Positions 1-11,455 of a stretch of 64,000 nt of DNA are shown here, piece by piece. A model generated the notes under the pieces. It was not told where the DNA came from. It made no database searches and was given only the letters and a program-made list of their open reading frames with translations. A program made the translations under genes and the position numbers. Numbering within the stretch: position 1 is the stretch's first letter; the number at the start of each line of letters is the position of its first letter. Origin of the DNA: Torpedo marmorata (Eukaryota); contig OZ360231.1 of NCBI GenBank assembly GCA_977017645.1, positions 59,024,001 to 59,088,000 on the forward strand. Reading direction: 5' to 3'.

Positions 1-257
1 AAGGGGAGATATCAGGGTCTTTATTTTGGTTTTTTTTTAAACAGAGTTGTGGGTGCCTGGAATGCCTTGCCAGGGATGGTGGTGGAGGCTGAAACATTAG
101 GGGCATTTAAGAGACTCAGACAGCCACATGGATGAAAGAAAAATAGAGGGTTACGAGGTAGGAAAGGTTTAGTACTTTTTTTTTTGGTAGGAATATATGG
201 GTCGGCACAACATCGAGGGCTGAAGGGCCTGTACTGTGCTGTAGTGTTCCATGTTTA
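1..257 (+). mobile_element. CR1-type LINE 3' fragment
   Basis: CR1 ORF2 C-terminal remnant (agagttgtgggtgcctggaatgccttgcca, i.e. RVVGAWNALP) followed by the 3' UTR tail gggctgaagggcctgtactgtgctgta. Confidence 0.8.
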
Positions 258-862
258 GTTGAAAATTTCATTTTGTAATTTCAGATCGGACTGTCGCCAC
301 CAGAAAAAAAATCTAACAGATCAAGAAATTTTTAGTTACGACTGGAATGATTATCACTTCTACTCAAATGATTGCTCACAGCAAATAAAACAAACAAATG
401 TAAACATATAGGCAGATGAAAATATTAATTGTTTAATTAAATAATGAAGTTAAATGACTGATATTTACTTACACAATATATTCTATTTCTACTGTCAAAA
501 TCAAAGTTAAGAGTGGTATTCAATGACAGAATTATTGTTGGTACAACGCTACACAATCTTAAATAGAAGAACAATTGAAATTGTATCCTCTCCACTACCA
601 CACCAATTTTCTCTGCCTTTGCAATTAATAAACTGTTTCAATGTTTCTAAAATCAAAAATGTACACAATTACTTGTCACCCTAACATGAATAAACTGATG
701 AAGTGCCTTGTGCAGGGTTTTGAGCAGCAATTATTACAATAGTTTTAATTTTGAACTACTGATGCACATCTCAAATTAGGAAATGTGGAACAAAATCTCA
801 AATCAACTTTGAAAATATAGACTATGGATATGCCACGTTGATACAAGTCAAAACGAGCAACA

Positions 863-1364
863 CCTTTCTCTACATCGGAGAGACTGGATGCAGACTGGGA
901 GATAGCTTCCCTGTGTACCTTCGCTCTGACCGCATCAATGATAGGGATCTTCCAGTGGCCAACCATGTCTGTCCATGGCCTCATGTACTGCCCAACCAAG
1001 GCTACTCGTAAATTGGAGGAGCAACACCCAATATTCCATCTGGGCACTCTCCAACCAGATGGCATTAACATAGACTTCTCTGGTTTCTGCTAACCTACTC
1101 CCTGTTCTCCCGCTCTTCCCCATCTGTCTTCTTTCCTCCAGCTCTCCATTCCCAGAGCCATCCCCCCTTCCACCTGTTTGCTAGTGTACCCTCCCTCCTT
1201 ATACCTGTGAGACTGTGCACCTCCCCGCCACCATTTTGTTCGGGTGCCTGCCTACATTTTGCTCATACCTTGAAGGGCTCAAGCCCGAACACTGTTTGAC
1301 CTGCTGAGTTTCTCCAGCATTGTTTTACTTCAATCATGGTGTCTGCAGACTTTCGTGTTTTACT
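863..1364 (+). mobile_element. Penelope-like element, GIY-YIG end and 3' terminus
   Basis: Encodes LYIGETG and FHLGTLQPDGINIDFS (GIY-YIG C-terminus). Ends in the ctgcagactttcgtgttttact terminus shared with other copies in the window. Confidence 0.8.
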
Positions 1365-1555
1365 TCCAAAATGAATGGAGTACTTCTGATGGAAATGATG
1401 GCAAAACTCTTTCCATTTCAATTATGATCCCTTGATCAGACTTTTAAAATTTGAGCCAGACTTTTCAGGAGTGGTTCAAAATCACCTTGCAAGTATGTAT
1501 GCTAAAAGAACATGCCAGAAAAAAAAAACATTAGAAGTTGTAGCAGAAAATATTC

Positions 1556-1618
1556 GGCACGTTTAGCGTAGTGGTTAGCGCAACGCTGTCACAGCGCCAG
1601 CGATCGGGACCAGGGTTC
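1556..1618 (+). mobile_element. tRNA-derived SINE head (body continues at 3929-4112)
   Basis: A-box-like tagcgtagtggttagcgc and B-box half gggttc. The B-box is completed by gaatcc at 3929, after a 2.3 kb insertion. Confidence 0.75.
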
Positions 1619-3510
1619 TGATATTTCAGAAATCACAAGAGCAGGAAATGCTCATAAGGTGTCTCTTTATGCAGATGATCTTTTGTTGCATATATCGAAT
1701 CCTGACTGGTCGATTCCATCTATTTTATCAATTCAGGCAATTTTCAGGATATAAATTGAATTTGCAGAAGAGTGAGCTGTTCGTTTTGGGTTCTTCCTGC
1801 TCTTAGATTCCTCTATTCCTTTTAAAATAGCTAAAAATCAGTTCAACTATCTAGGTATTACTATTACTAAGAAATTCAATAATCTGTTTAAAGAAAACTT
1901 TCTTACTTGTTATAGACCATGACCGACAGTTTGGACTGAGGACGGTAAGCAGGAAGGATGAAGTATTTTGGAGTATACACTGGGACCTGGTACTGAAAGA
2001 GTTAACTTGCCCAGGACTTCTTGTATTTACCAGAGAGAGACATCAGGGGGAGACAAACTGTGGAAAGACACTTGGAGAAAAAACTTTGGACCAGGAGCAG
2101 CTGGAGAGAGTTTCTCTCTCTTGTAAGGCCTAAAGTTAAAACTAACTCAGTGGAAGTTTTGGAGTTGAAAAGGCGGGAGAACTCAGTCGGATCCAGGCCT
2201 GTGCATCCCAGAGAAGAAGTGGGGAGAATAGCACAGAATCTCTTAAATCAGAAAAGTCCAGGCTTGTACATCCCAGAGAGAAAAGGCTGGGGAAAAGCAA
2301 GGCCTGATGAATCGGCAGAATCTTGAGTTGTGAAGGCAGCTTTTGTGAGGAACCGGCTGTGAAATCCAAGTAAACGCCTTAATTCCAAAACGGATCTGAA
2401 TTCGCAATCCTTATGAAAACACAAGAAGGGAACGTCATCAGAGAAGAAAACCAAGTCAAGTGTTTGTAAGCATAAACAGTCATTGCCTCTCTCCAACGTT
2501 CATTCAGAAGTACTTCTACCAGCACAGACCTGAATTTGAAACCTTAACTAAGAGAGTGAATTTTTGTGGACTGTATTATTTTTTTGACTGACTTGTTTTT
2601 ATGACTGACCTGGGGTTTTTGGGGAAAGTTTTTCCATTTTTACATAAGGGTTGAGCACAGACTGTAATGGTCTGGGCTTTACACACACACCTTTTAGATA
2701 AGAATAGTGTTTATAGACGTTTATAGTGGGGTTAATTGTTGTGAAATTATATGTTTAATTGTATGTAATAAATATAAATTTCAATTTTACCCCTTTTGCT
2801 TTGCGTCTTCTGTCGTTGCTGGTTTGAATTTGTAACACTTTAATGAGTCGTGTCAAAAAGTCCTTGACACAGTGGTCCCCCCTTTCAATGACATTAATTG
2901 GACGCGTCAATATCATTAAGATGAATATTCTTCCTAAATTTTTATACATTTTTCAAGCTGTACCTGTTTTTGTTCCTAAATCCTTTTTTGATTCATTGGA
3001 TTCCATCATATCTTCTTTTATATGGAAAAATAAATGTCCCCGTCTTAGAAAAGTCTTCCTTCAAAATATTAAAAAGAATGGGGGTTTGGCATTACCCAAC
3101 TTTAGGTTTTATTATTGGGTAGCTAATATTAGATACATTTGTTTTTTGGATTCATCAAGGAAAATGTAGGTGCTTCAAGTTGGATTAATTTAGAAATTAA
3201 ATCTAAAAAATATTCTCTTCTTTCGATACTTGGAGCACCTTTACCTTTTTCAGCCTCCAAATTAACTGACAATTTTGTTGTTAGACATACATTGAGAATC
3301 TGGTTTCAATTTAGGAAACATTTTGGGTACCATAGATTCTTATCAATTAGTCCTATTTTAGGTAATTCCTTTTTTTTTTTAACCTTCAGTTCAAGATAGT
3401 GGTTATCATCATTGGTTAAATTTAGGTATCCAATCCTTTTTAGATATTTTTACTGATCAAAATCTTGCCTCTTTTGAACAATTATCCACTAAATTTACAA
3501 TACCAAGACA
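1619..3510 (+). mobile_element. L1 ORF2 internal fragment (RT C-terminal part), split by a solo LTR
   Basis: HKVSLYADDLLL at about 1653-1690, YLGI, and ORF 2843-3169 (LIGRVNIIKMNILPKFLYIFQ...GGLALPNFRFYYW). Confidence 0.9.
1908..2837 (+). mobile_element. Solo LTR (family A, copy 1)
   Basis: TGTTA...TAACA termini, AATAAA near the 3' end, interrupts the L1 reading frame, and closely matches 35109-35962. Confidence 0.85.
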
Positions 3511-3928
3511 GAAGGTCAAGAACTTCAAATTCCTGGGTGTCAACATCTCCGAGGATCTGTCCTGGAGCATCCACGTTGATGCAATCACAAAGAAGGCTCG
3601 TCAGCGGCTATACTTTGTGAGGTGTCTGCGGAGATTCGGTATGTCACCTAAGACTCTCGTAAACTTCTACAGGTGTACTGTGGAGAGCATTCTGGCTGGT
3701 TGCATCACTGCCTGGTATGGAGGCGCCAACTCCCAGGACAAGAGTAAACTCCAGAAGGTTGTTAACTCGGCCTGTGACATCACAGGCACCAAACTTCACT
3801 CCATCGAGGACATCTACATGAGGCGGTGTCTTAAAAAAGCAGCCTTTATCCTCAAAGACCCCCCACCACCCAGGCCATGCCCTCTTCACTCTGCTTCCAT
3901 CGGGAAAAAGGTACAGGAGCCTAAAGAC
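3511..3928 (+). mobile_element. Rex1/Babar-type LINE fragment
   Basis: FKFLGVNISEDLSW...QRLYF..LRRFG...[19 protein letters not shown]. Confidence 0.85.
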
Positions 3929-4112
3929 GAATCCTGCACTGTCTGTAGGGAGTTTGTACGTTCTCCCTGTGTCTGTGTGGGTTTTCCCCAGGAGCTCCGG
4001 TTTCCTCCCATCCTCCAAATCGTACCAGGGATTGTAGGTCAATTGGGTGTGATTGGGCGGCACGGGCTCGTGGGCCTGTTACCGTGCTGTATGTCTAAAT
4101 TTTAATTTAAAA
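3929..4112 (+). mobile_element. tRNA/V-domain SINE body and tail
   Basis: Core ggagtttgtacgttctccc...gtgggtttt...ctccggtttcctccca and CR1-like tail gggcctgttaccgtgctgtatgtctaaa. Confidence 0.8.
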
Positions 4113-4610
4113 ATGTAATTCATGTTGCCATTTCATATACTTGGCAGAGCAACACGTGAAAGACTTAATTAAATAGAATAACATTGAAACCTAAGGAAAA
4201 TTATGGGGTCAGGAAATTTCATTTTATCATTCCATATCTATATGTCCCTATATATTCCAATATTTTGAGTGTCTCTCCCATAGCACCTACGTAGTACTAA
4301 CCAAAGTCATCATGACCACATAACATTTCCTCTTGTCTTGTCTGTAAGCATCAATCTGGTTGCTTCCTCTTCCCCATTCAACAGCTCTGTTCATTGTCAG
4401 CATAATACTAAAATTTGTTCTAATTCACAACAATGCATATTCATCAAGGACTCACTGTTGCCTCGACTCCCCCTTTTTAATTCTGATATTAAACATCACA
4501 GCAAAAACATGCATGCTTAGACCTCACTACCCTTCCACCTCCACTTGATTTGTGTTGCTCATTTAATCAGTCTCACCCTCTGACATGGTATAGTTGCAGT
4601 ACAGTGACTC

Positions 4611-5173
4611 CATAAGACCACAGGAGCAGAAATAGGCTATTCAACCCATTGAGTCTGCCCCGCCATTCAATCATGGACTGATTCATTTTCCCACAGCCCC
4701 ACTAGCTGGCCTTCTCCCTATAACCTTTGATGTCCTGGCTAATCAAGAACCTATCAATCTCTGCCTTAAATACATCCAATGACTTGGCCTTCACAACCGC
4801 TTGTGGCAACAAATTCCACAGATTTACCATCCTCTGGCTAAAGAAATTTCTACTCATCTCTGATCTATGTGGACGCCTGTTAATCCTGAAGTTGTACCCT
4901 TTTGTCCAAGACTCAACCACCATTGGAAACAACCTTTCTACATCTACTCTGTCCATGCCTTTCAACATTCGAAATGTTTCAATGAGATCCCCCATCTTTC
5001 TCCTAAATTCCAATGATTACAGGCCAGAAGCCATCAAACATTCCTCATATGATAACCCTTTCATTCCCGGAACCATCCTTGTGAACCTCCTCTGAAACCT
5101 CTCTAATGTCAGCACATCCCTTCTTAAATGAGGAGCCCAAAACTGCTCACAATACTTCAAGTGAGGTCTCACT
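4611..5173 (-). mobile_element. CR1 LINE 3' fragment
   Basis: ORF 4702-5013: GDLIETFRMLKGMDRVD...RNFFSQRMVNLWNLLP. Confidence 0.9.
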
Positions 5174-5830
5174 CACTTGTCAACACAATGGTATCAACAA
5201 AAAAAATCTTGTCATTGTCAACTAGTAATACATTTGCAATCTCCTTGTTGGCAAAAATTCAAGGCCCTTATCAAGCATAAATTTCAGTTATGCAGAGACC
5301 TTTTCATGCAGGTAACTATATTTGAGCAATCTTTTTTTACAATAGATTGAATGGTACGAACCAACCACACTGCTTTTGCTTTATAATCTTTCACCATCTT
5401 GATCACATCTTCCACTTGTATTTTACTTGGCTTTTGGATGTGATGAACCACTCATCTGATTAATCCAGCGGAATTTCTTTTTGCTGCACAGTGGATGTAA
5501 AAGTGTTTATGCCATATTTAGTCATTTCTAGAATCCCACATAGATTAAATCCTGCTCAAAAGGTTGACAAGAATGGTAATACACAGAACTGGAAGCAGAA
5601 GAATGGACACAAAATTAACATCTGCGATAAACAAGTGGGCGCATAATTCAACATTCCATTCCCACTTTCACTGCTAACTTCCTCAAATGACATGCATGAT
5701 CTGCACTGCAATATGCCACATCCTTTGGGAAGAAATCTAATACCTTCATACTAATTCACAAACAGCCATGTGACATTAAGATCCCCAAGCAGATCTATTC
5801 TTTGCATTATGCATTTTCTTTTCCATTTCG

Positions 5831-6750
5831 TAGAGTATTACAGCATAGCAACAGGCCTTTCAGCCCAACTTGTCCATGCCAACCAAGTTGCCAACCTAAG
5901 CTGCTCCAATTTGCCTACATTTGCCCATATCCTTCAAAAATCTTTCCTATCCATGTATCTGTCCAAATATCTTTGAATACAGGTGCCTAATCTTTTATCC
6001 GAAAACCTTGGGACTGGACACTTTTTGGAATTCGGAATTTTCGGATTATAGAATTATAGAGGCCGACATCTTCACTGCTGCCGGGAGGCTGACATCCCCG
6101 CTGCAGCCGTCACGGGCCCCATTGTGATTTGGAACTCCAACCCAATTCCTGACCTGCCGGGAGGCCGACGCCGGCTGTGCTCCTGACTTGCCGGGAGGCC
6201 GAGGTCGACGCCGGCCCCGCTCCTGCGTTGTGATTTGGAACGCATGCGCAGATTTCAGTCACTCTCTCTCCCTCTTCAATCTCTCTCCCTCCCCAGCGAC
6301 GGCAATCTGCGCATGCGTTCCAAATCGGAGGCGCTGGACAGGGGGAGGGGGGTTGCAGTGGCGTCCGTACCTGTACGATGTTTTCGCTGCTGCCGGGAGG
6401 CCGACGTCCCCGACGTTCCACTAACTACCTACGCGGACTGACACGGGATTTTCAAGCGTGAGGTAAGTGTAGGTCGCGTCATGTTTGGTGAGCACATGAC
6501 ATCCATGAAAAAAGTTTGGTTTTCGGAGGTTAGGCAAAAATGTTAGGCACCTGTACTGCAAATGCAGCATCCCCCTCCACCACTTCCTCTGGCAGCTACC
6601 ACCCGCAGTAGAAAAAGTTGCCCCATAGCTTCTTTTTAAATCTTTCCCCTCTCACCTTGATGCCCTCTAGTTTTAGATTCTCCTACCTTGGGAAAAACAC
6701 TAGCTATTTACCTCAGGATTTTATATCTCGACAAAGTCATCCCTCAGATT
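5831..6750 (-). mobile_element. CR1 3' fragment interrupted by a MITE
   Basis: CR1 3' UTR/ORF2 remnants at 5831-5977 and 6556-6750 flank the MITE. Confidence 0.65.
5980..6553. mobile_element. Tc1/mariner (Tigger-like) non-autonomous DNA transposon
   Basis: TIRs CAGGTGCCTAA (from 5980) and TTAGGCACCTG (to 6553), flanked by TA on both sides. GC-rich interior with repeated tgccgggaggccga units. Confidence 0.85.
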
Positions 6751-6980
6751 CCTACATGCTGGACCCCTTATGGTGTTGTGGCAGCTCATGCTATCCAAGG
6801 TCTTTTCAAAACACTCTTCTGTTTTACTGAGGTATTCAGCAGCATACTTCTGCAAGATCTTTGAATAAACAGTATAACATACAGAACATGCTATAAATAA
6901 GATTGAGAAACAAAATGAGAATTTTTTCATAACACTATTTTGCCAAGAAATACCAAGAAACTGAAATATGATTAGTAACA

Positions 6981-6986
6981 TTTATT
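6981..6986 (-). promoter_or_regulatory. NDUFB4: NDUFB4 polyadenylation signal AATAAA
   Basis: tttatt on the + strand, about 77 nt past the NDUFB4 stop codon. Confidence 0.65.
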
Positions 6987-7062
6987 AGGGCAAAGTGAGT
7001 TTGACTTCTGTGCAATATACTGTACAATTACTTGTCACATCTGAAGATTCTGCTTCGAGTAC

Positions 7063-7122
7063 TCATGATGACAAACTAAATGGTCGTTCCATTCCTTCCC
7101 TGATAAGTTTTTCTTTATGATC
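7063..7122 (-). CDS. NDUFB4: NADH:ubiquinone oxidoreductase subunit B4, exon 3
   Basis: Acceptor ttttctttcaag; encodes DHKEKLIREGMERPFSLSS*, matching the NDUFB4 C-terminus (DRKEKLIQEG); phase 0. Confidence 0.93.
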   Translation of the reverse strand, partial: DHKEKLIREGMERPFSLSS

Positions 7123-7224
7123 CTTGAAAGAAAACAGAAACCAAAAACAGATAAATTTATCTGGATAGCATGTAAAACAAAGCTTTTCACTGCATCTTGG
7201 TACATATGACAATAAAGAGTAAAG

Positions 7225-7465
7225 TTAGATCTGGAGTTCGGGTTGCCGATGAATTGAAAAGGAATCTATGCGGCTGCAGGAGTGCTGGAGGCGTATCCAC
7301 AGATACTCAGCGACTCTGAAGGAATTCTCTTTCTCTCTTACTGTAAGGGGCGGCAGGCGACACTAATGGTGACCCTTGTCTGCCTTACAGCAGGCAGAGG
7401 TAATTTGGTGTAATATTACATGTTCTGTACTATTACATGACAATAAAGGAATCCTAGAATCTTGG
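7225..7465 (+). mobile_element. 3' part of a GC-rich non-autonomous retroelement (family also at 10660-11118 and 13606-15000)
   Basis: Shared segments gatctggag...cactcagcgactctgaaggga...ctgtaaggggcg...gtctgccttac...catgacaataaagg. Confidence 0.7.
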
Positions 7466-7532
7466 AATATAGCAACGTTCTATGATGAACCACAGCCTAT
7501 GATTTAACTCTACTTCATTTGATTATTCTCAC

Positions 7533-7682
7533 CCGATCAGTTTTGAAGACATAATACCAGAAAAACAGAGGCACAACTCCACACACAAATCCTAGTAGCG
7601 ATGTCTTTGGACTTGGACGAAAGTTGGGATAGATGTGGTTCAGAGTGCGAGCATATACCCAGCGAGTTATGGCTGGATCTTG
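7533..7682 (-). CDS. NDUFB4: NDUFB4 exon 2
   Basis: cttttcag acceptor and gtgaga donor; [50 protein letters not shown]; 150 nt. Confidence 0.96.
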
Positions 7683-8637
7683 CTGAAAAGTACAAAGAGA
7701 TCGCAATAAAATACTTTTTGAAAAGGACTAGAAAATATTAACAATTATAGTATATCAAAACGAAGTTAAAAGGTTTGAAATAAATTGATTTGAGTTACTA
7801 GTTTTCACAGAAAACCCAGAGGTCTTAATTATCAGAATGAATTTATAAATTGTACATGTTTATAATGTTGCCCAGAAGCAGCATGGTAATATAGTTTGGC
7901 TCAAATTCCTTAAACAGTTTAATATTTTTAATTATATGCAAACAAGACATGATTGCCAGCATGAAACAAATTGCAAGAAAGCTATGCTCAAGTATTAGGA
8001 AACTGCCAAAATGTATCTCATTAAACCAATTTACACAGCTTTTACCTCTACAACCATTTGTTTTAAAATTATTAGAATTATTGTAGATCTTCTTACTGTT
8101 GGCTTTCAAGGTACAAGTGACTAAAAATGCAGGTTGTTATTAATAGTTGGCAATAAAACAGCGATATACTGCATTACCAGTATGAAGAACGTAATGTTTA
8201 GAAAAATCTAATTTTCAGGTAGAGTCATAAAATTGTACAACACGGAAGCAGATCCTTTGGCCCAACTCATCCAAGCCATCTACCCAAGCTCATCCAATTT
8301 GCCTGCTCTTGGCCCATATCCCTCTCAACCTTTTCCATCCATGAACCAGCCTAAAAGTCTTTGAAACATCATAATTGCATCTATACCTTCCTCAGGCAGC
8401 TCGCTCAATATACCTGTACAGTACAAGCTATCCCATGTGAAAAAATTTGCAGATCAGGTCCTTTTTAAATCTTTCCCCTCTCACCTTAAACCTATAGTTT
8501 TAGACTCCCTTACTCTGGGAAAAAGACCATGACTTTTTACCTTATCTATGTGCCTCATGATGTTATATACCTTTACGAGTTCACCCCTCAGCCTCCCACA
8601 TTGCAGGATAAAAAGTCCCAGCCTATTGAGCCTCAAG

Positions 8638-9502
8638 GGAGTGAAACACGAAAGTCTGCAGACGCTGTGATTGTAGTAAAAACACAAAGAAATGCTGGAG
8701 GAACTCAGCCGGTCTCCCAGCGTCCATGGGAGGCAAAGATATATTACCGAAGTTTCGGGCCTGAGCCCTTCTTCAAGGAAAAAGCAAAGAAAAGGAATGC
8801 TCAGAATAAAGACAGTGCTGGCTGGGGGAGGAGTCCAGACCAACAAAAGGTGTTAATTGGATATGATAAGAAGTGAGAATTGATTTTGGTTCTGTGAAAG
8901 GATATGATAAGAGGAGAGGTGAGATTTAACTTGTGAATCTGCAGGGGTCATCTACTGCATCCAGTGCTCCCGTTGTGATCTCCTCTACATCGGAGAGACT
9001 GGATGCAGATCGCTTTGTTGAGCACCTGCTCTGTCCACCGCAAAAGCGCTAATCTCCCAGTACCACCCATTTCAATTCCCCATCCCATTCCCTTGCTAAT
9101 ATGTTGGTCCATGGTCTCATGCACTGTCAGACTGAGACCACCCACAAAATGGAGGAACTACTCATCTTCCGTTTGGGAACCCTCCAACCAGATGGAATTA
9201 AAATCAACTTCTCTGGCTTTCGTTAACCCCCCTCCAACTTCTTACCCCAGCTCAGTCTCTCTCCCTTTTCCCTCTGTCTCCTTCCACAGAGCCAAAATCA
9301 ATTCTCACCTCTCCTATCCAATTAACACCTTTTGTTGTTCTGGACTCCCCCCCCCCCAGCCAGCACTGTCTTTATTCTGAGCATTTATTTTTTGCTTATA
9401 CCTTGAAAAAGGGCTCAGGCCCGAAACGTCGGTAATATATTTTTACCTCCTATGGACGCTGCGAGACCGGCTGAGTTCCTCCAGCATTTCTGTGTGTTTT
9501 TA
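8638..9502. mobile_element. Penelope-like element with inverted terminal (pseudo-LTR) arrangement
   Basis: 8638 to about 8925 is the reverse complement of the element 3' end. GIY-YIG remnant (LYIGETG) at about 8945-9220. Flanked by ctatt[g/c]agcctcaag, a 15-bp TSD with one mismatch. Confidence 0.85.
9399..9434 (+). ncRNA. Minimal type I hammerhead ribozyme-like motif in the Penelope terminus
   Basis: Stem I TACC/GGTA, core TTGAAAA(A), stem II GGGC-TCAG-GCCC, GAAA, palindromic ACGT stem III, GTC cleavage triplet. Confidence 0.55.
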
Positions 9503-9720
9503 CTATTCAGCCTCAAGCCCGCCATTCCCAGATACATCCTCATGAATCTTTTCTGCACTCTTTCCAGGTTAATTACACTCTTCCTATCGCTAGGCATCTG
9601 GAACTGTGCATAATACTCCAAGTATGGTCTCACTAATGACATACAGTTGTATCATGACGACCTCAATCCTGTCCTAAATGCCTTTATCACCATGTCAACC
9701 TGCATGGCCTCTTTCAGGAA

Positions 9721-10408
9721 TTTCTTTTCCAACAATATACTTTATTCACAATAAATTATTTACAATACAAGAAAACTGTTCAAGACTTTTTACATTCACA
9801 GTGTCAATCATATCGATACATTCTTATCATTGTACATTTTACATTCTTCTCTTAATACTCCATTACCACCATTGTGGCACCTTGTCGTTTCTCCCCCCTG
9901 TTGGTTGAGGGGCTTCTCTTCAGTGTCAGCCCCTCAGTGCCCAGTAATGGGAGGACTCTAGAACTGTGATCCTTCCCCACAGTGCCCTCGCGTTGGCTGC
10001 ACCAAACCTCAGTGCGCCCCTCAGCACGTACTCCTGCAGCCTGGAATGCACCAGTCGGCAGCATTCCCGAACTGACATCTCAGTATGCTGAAAGACCAAC
10101 AGGTTTCAGGCAGACCAAAGAGCGTCTTTAACCGAGTTGGTGGTCTTCCAGCAGTTCTGGATGTCGGACTCAGAGTGTGTCCCCGGGAACAGCCTGCAGA
10201 TGAGAGTCCTCTGTCAAGCTGCTGCTGGGAATGAACCATGACAAAGCCCCCTGTATCCTTCTCCACACACTCTTTGCGAATCTGCATTCAGCAGAGGTGG
10301 GCGAAAAGTCTCCACTCCACCGCAGCCGTCCCGAGGACAACATGCGTGGAGGGTGAATTTCCGGTTGTACAAGAAGTATCTCACTGGGAGGGCTCCTCTC
10401 ACCACCAT
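9721..10408 (-). mobile_element. Tx1-clade LINE 3' fragment
   Basis: VVRGALPVR..CPRDGCGGVET..ECRFAKSVW..GLFPGTH..VKDALWSA (zinc-knuckle C-terminus), with AATAAA and an A-rich tail near 9741. Confidence 0.85.
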
Positions 10409-10659
10409 ATATATGTACTCCCAGATATCTGTTCAATGTACACTCCGAGGCTCTTCCATTTACCTGCAAATCCTACCAAAATGCAACAGCTCACACTTGT
10501 CCAAGTTAAATTCCATTTGCCATTACTTGGTCCATTTTCACAGCTCGTCTAGATCAGACCCCTGGGATACATCAACCATAATAACATCACAAGAGTTAGA
10601 GGAGGCTATTCAGTGTCTGAAGTCCAATCTACTTCCTTTACACAAAACCACAGAGCCTG

Positions 10660-11118
10660 TACCCAAGATGGCAGTGCTGAGCAGCATACCATGAGGGTTG
10701 CAGACTACTCCTGTAAGTGGGGGGGGGAATGGTGAAATCAGCACCCATTGAGGAGAAGCACAAGAGACGACCCTACAGGACAGTGACCACGGCAGCAGAC
10801 CAGCGAGGGGCTCAGTGGCTGAAGTACCCAAACGGGCTGTGGGCAACTTGCGGTCGAAGGACCTACACAGGCTGCGGGCTGCTGGAGACGGGCTCATGGG
10901 AACCAGAAATCAGAACCGGGATTCGAGACGGTGCTGAGGGTAAGAAGGGCTCCCGAAGGGCCTTGGGTGCAGTAGAGTTTCTGATCGTGTCGGAGGTTTG
11001 GATCTGGAGCTTGGTTTGCTGATGGTTTGAACTGAAGTCTGTGCGGCTGCGGGAGCGCTGGAGGCGAAACCACGGACACTCAGTGACTCTGAAGGGACTC
11101 TCTTTTGCTTTTCTTTCA
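10660..11118 (+). mobile_element. GC-rich non-autonomous retroelement (same family as 14408-15000)
   Basis: Collinear similarity with 14445-14875 starting at cccaagatggc. Confidence 0.7.
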
Positions 11119-11455
11119 TAGCAGTACGGTTAGCGCATCGCTGTTACTGCACCAGTGACCGGGATTCAAATCCAGCTCTGTCTGTAAGGAGTTTGTACGT
11201 TCTCCCCGAGTCTGTGTGGGTTTCCTCCCACCTTTCAAAACGCACAGGGGTTGTAGGTCAATCGAGCGTAATTGGACAGTACAGGCCCGTGCTGTCCAAT
11301 TACGCTGTGTAGTTTATTTTTTGCACTACCAATTAGTGGTAATTCTGCCGCACCCGCAGGAAAAAAGAATCTCAGGGTTGTATGTGATGTCATGTATGTA
11401 CTGACAATAAATCTGAATCTATTACTGTGCTGTATGTCTAAATTTAAAATTTAAT
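11119..11455 (+). mobile_element. tRNA-SINE with an inserted Rex1-type 3' tail (about 11305-11420)
   Basis: A/B boxes and V-like core. The tail gcactacc...gaatctcagggttgtatgtgatgtcatgtatgtac is nearly identical to 21560-21655. Confidence 0.75.

Larger units (their letters stand above)
8221..10560 (-). mobile_element. CR1 fragment hosting nested Penelope and Tx1 insertions
   Basis: CR1 ORF2 pieces at 8221-8637, 9503-9720 (SLVRPYLEYYAQF..LERVQKRF) and about 10410-10560. Confidence 0.75.

Noticed and set aside
285-410. Possible + strand exon after ttttgtaatttcag
   Set aside because: Acceptor-like, but no recognisable protein in any frame and no partner exons visible in the window.
1556-1618. 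tRNA gene
   Set aside because: It is the tRNA-derived head of a multi-copy SINE (also at 11119, 19861-20075 and 27100-27320) with no complete cloverleaf.
6060-6420. CRISPR-like repeat-spacer array (tgccgggaggccga units)
   Set aside because: Irregular spacing, short degenerate units inside a TA-flanked MITE in a vertebrate genome, and no cas genes.
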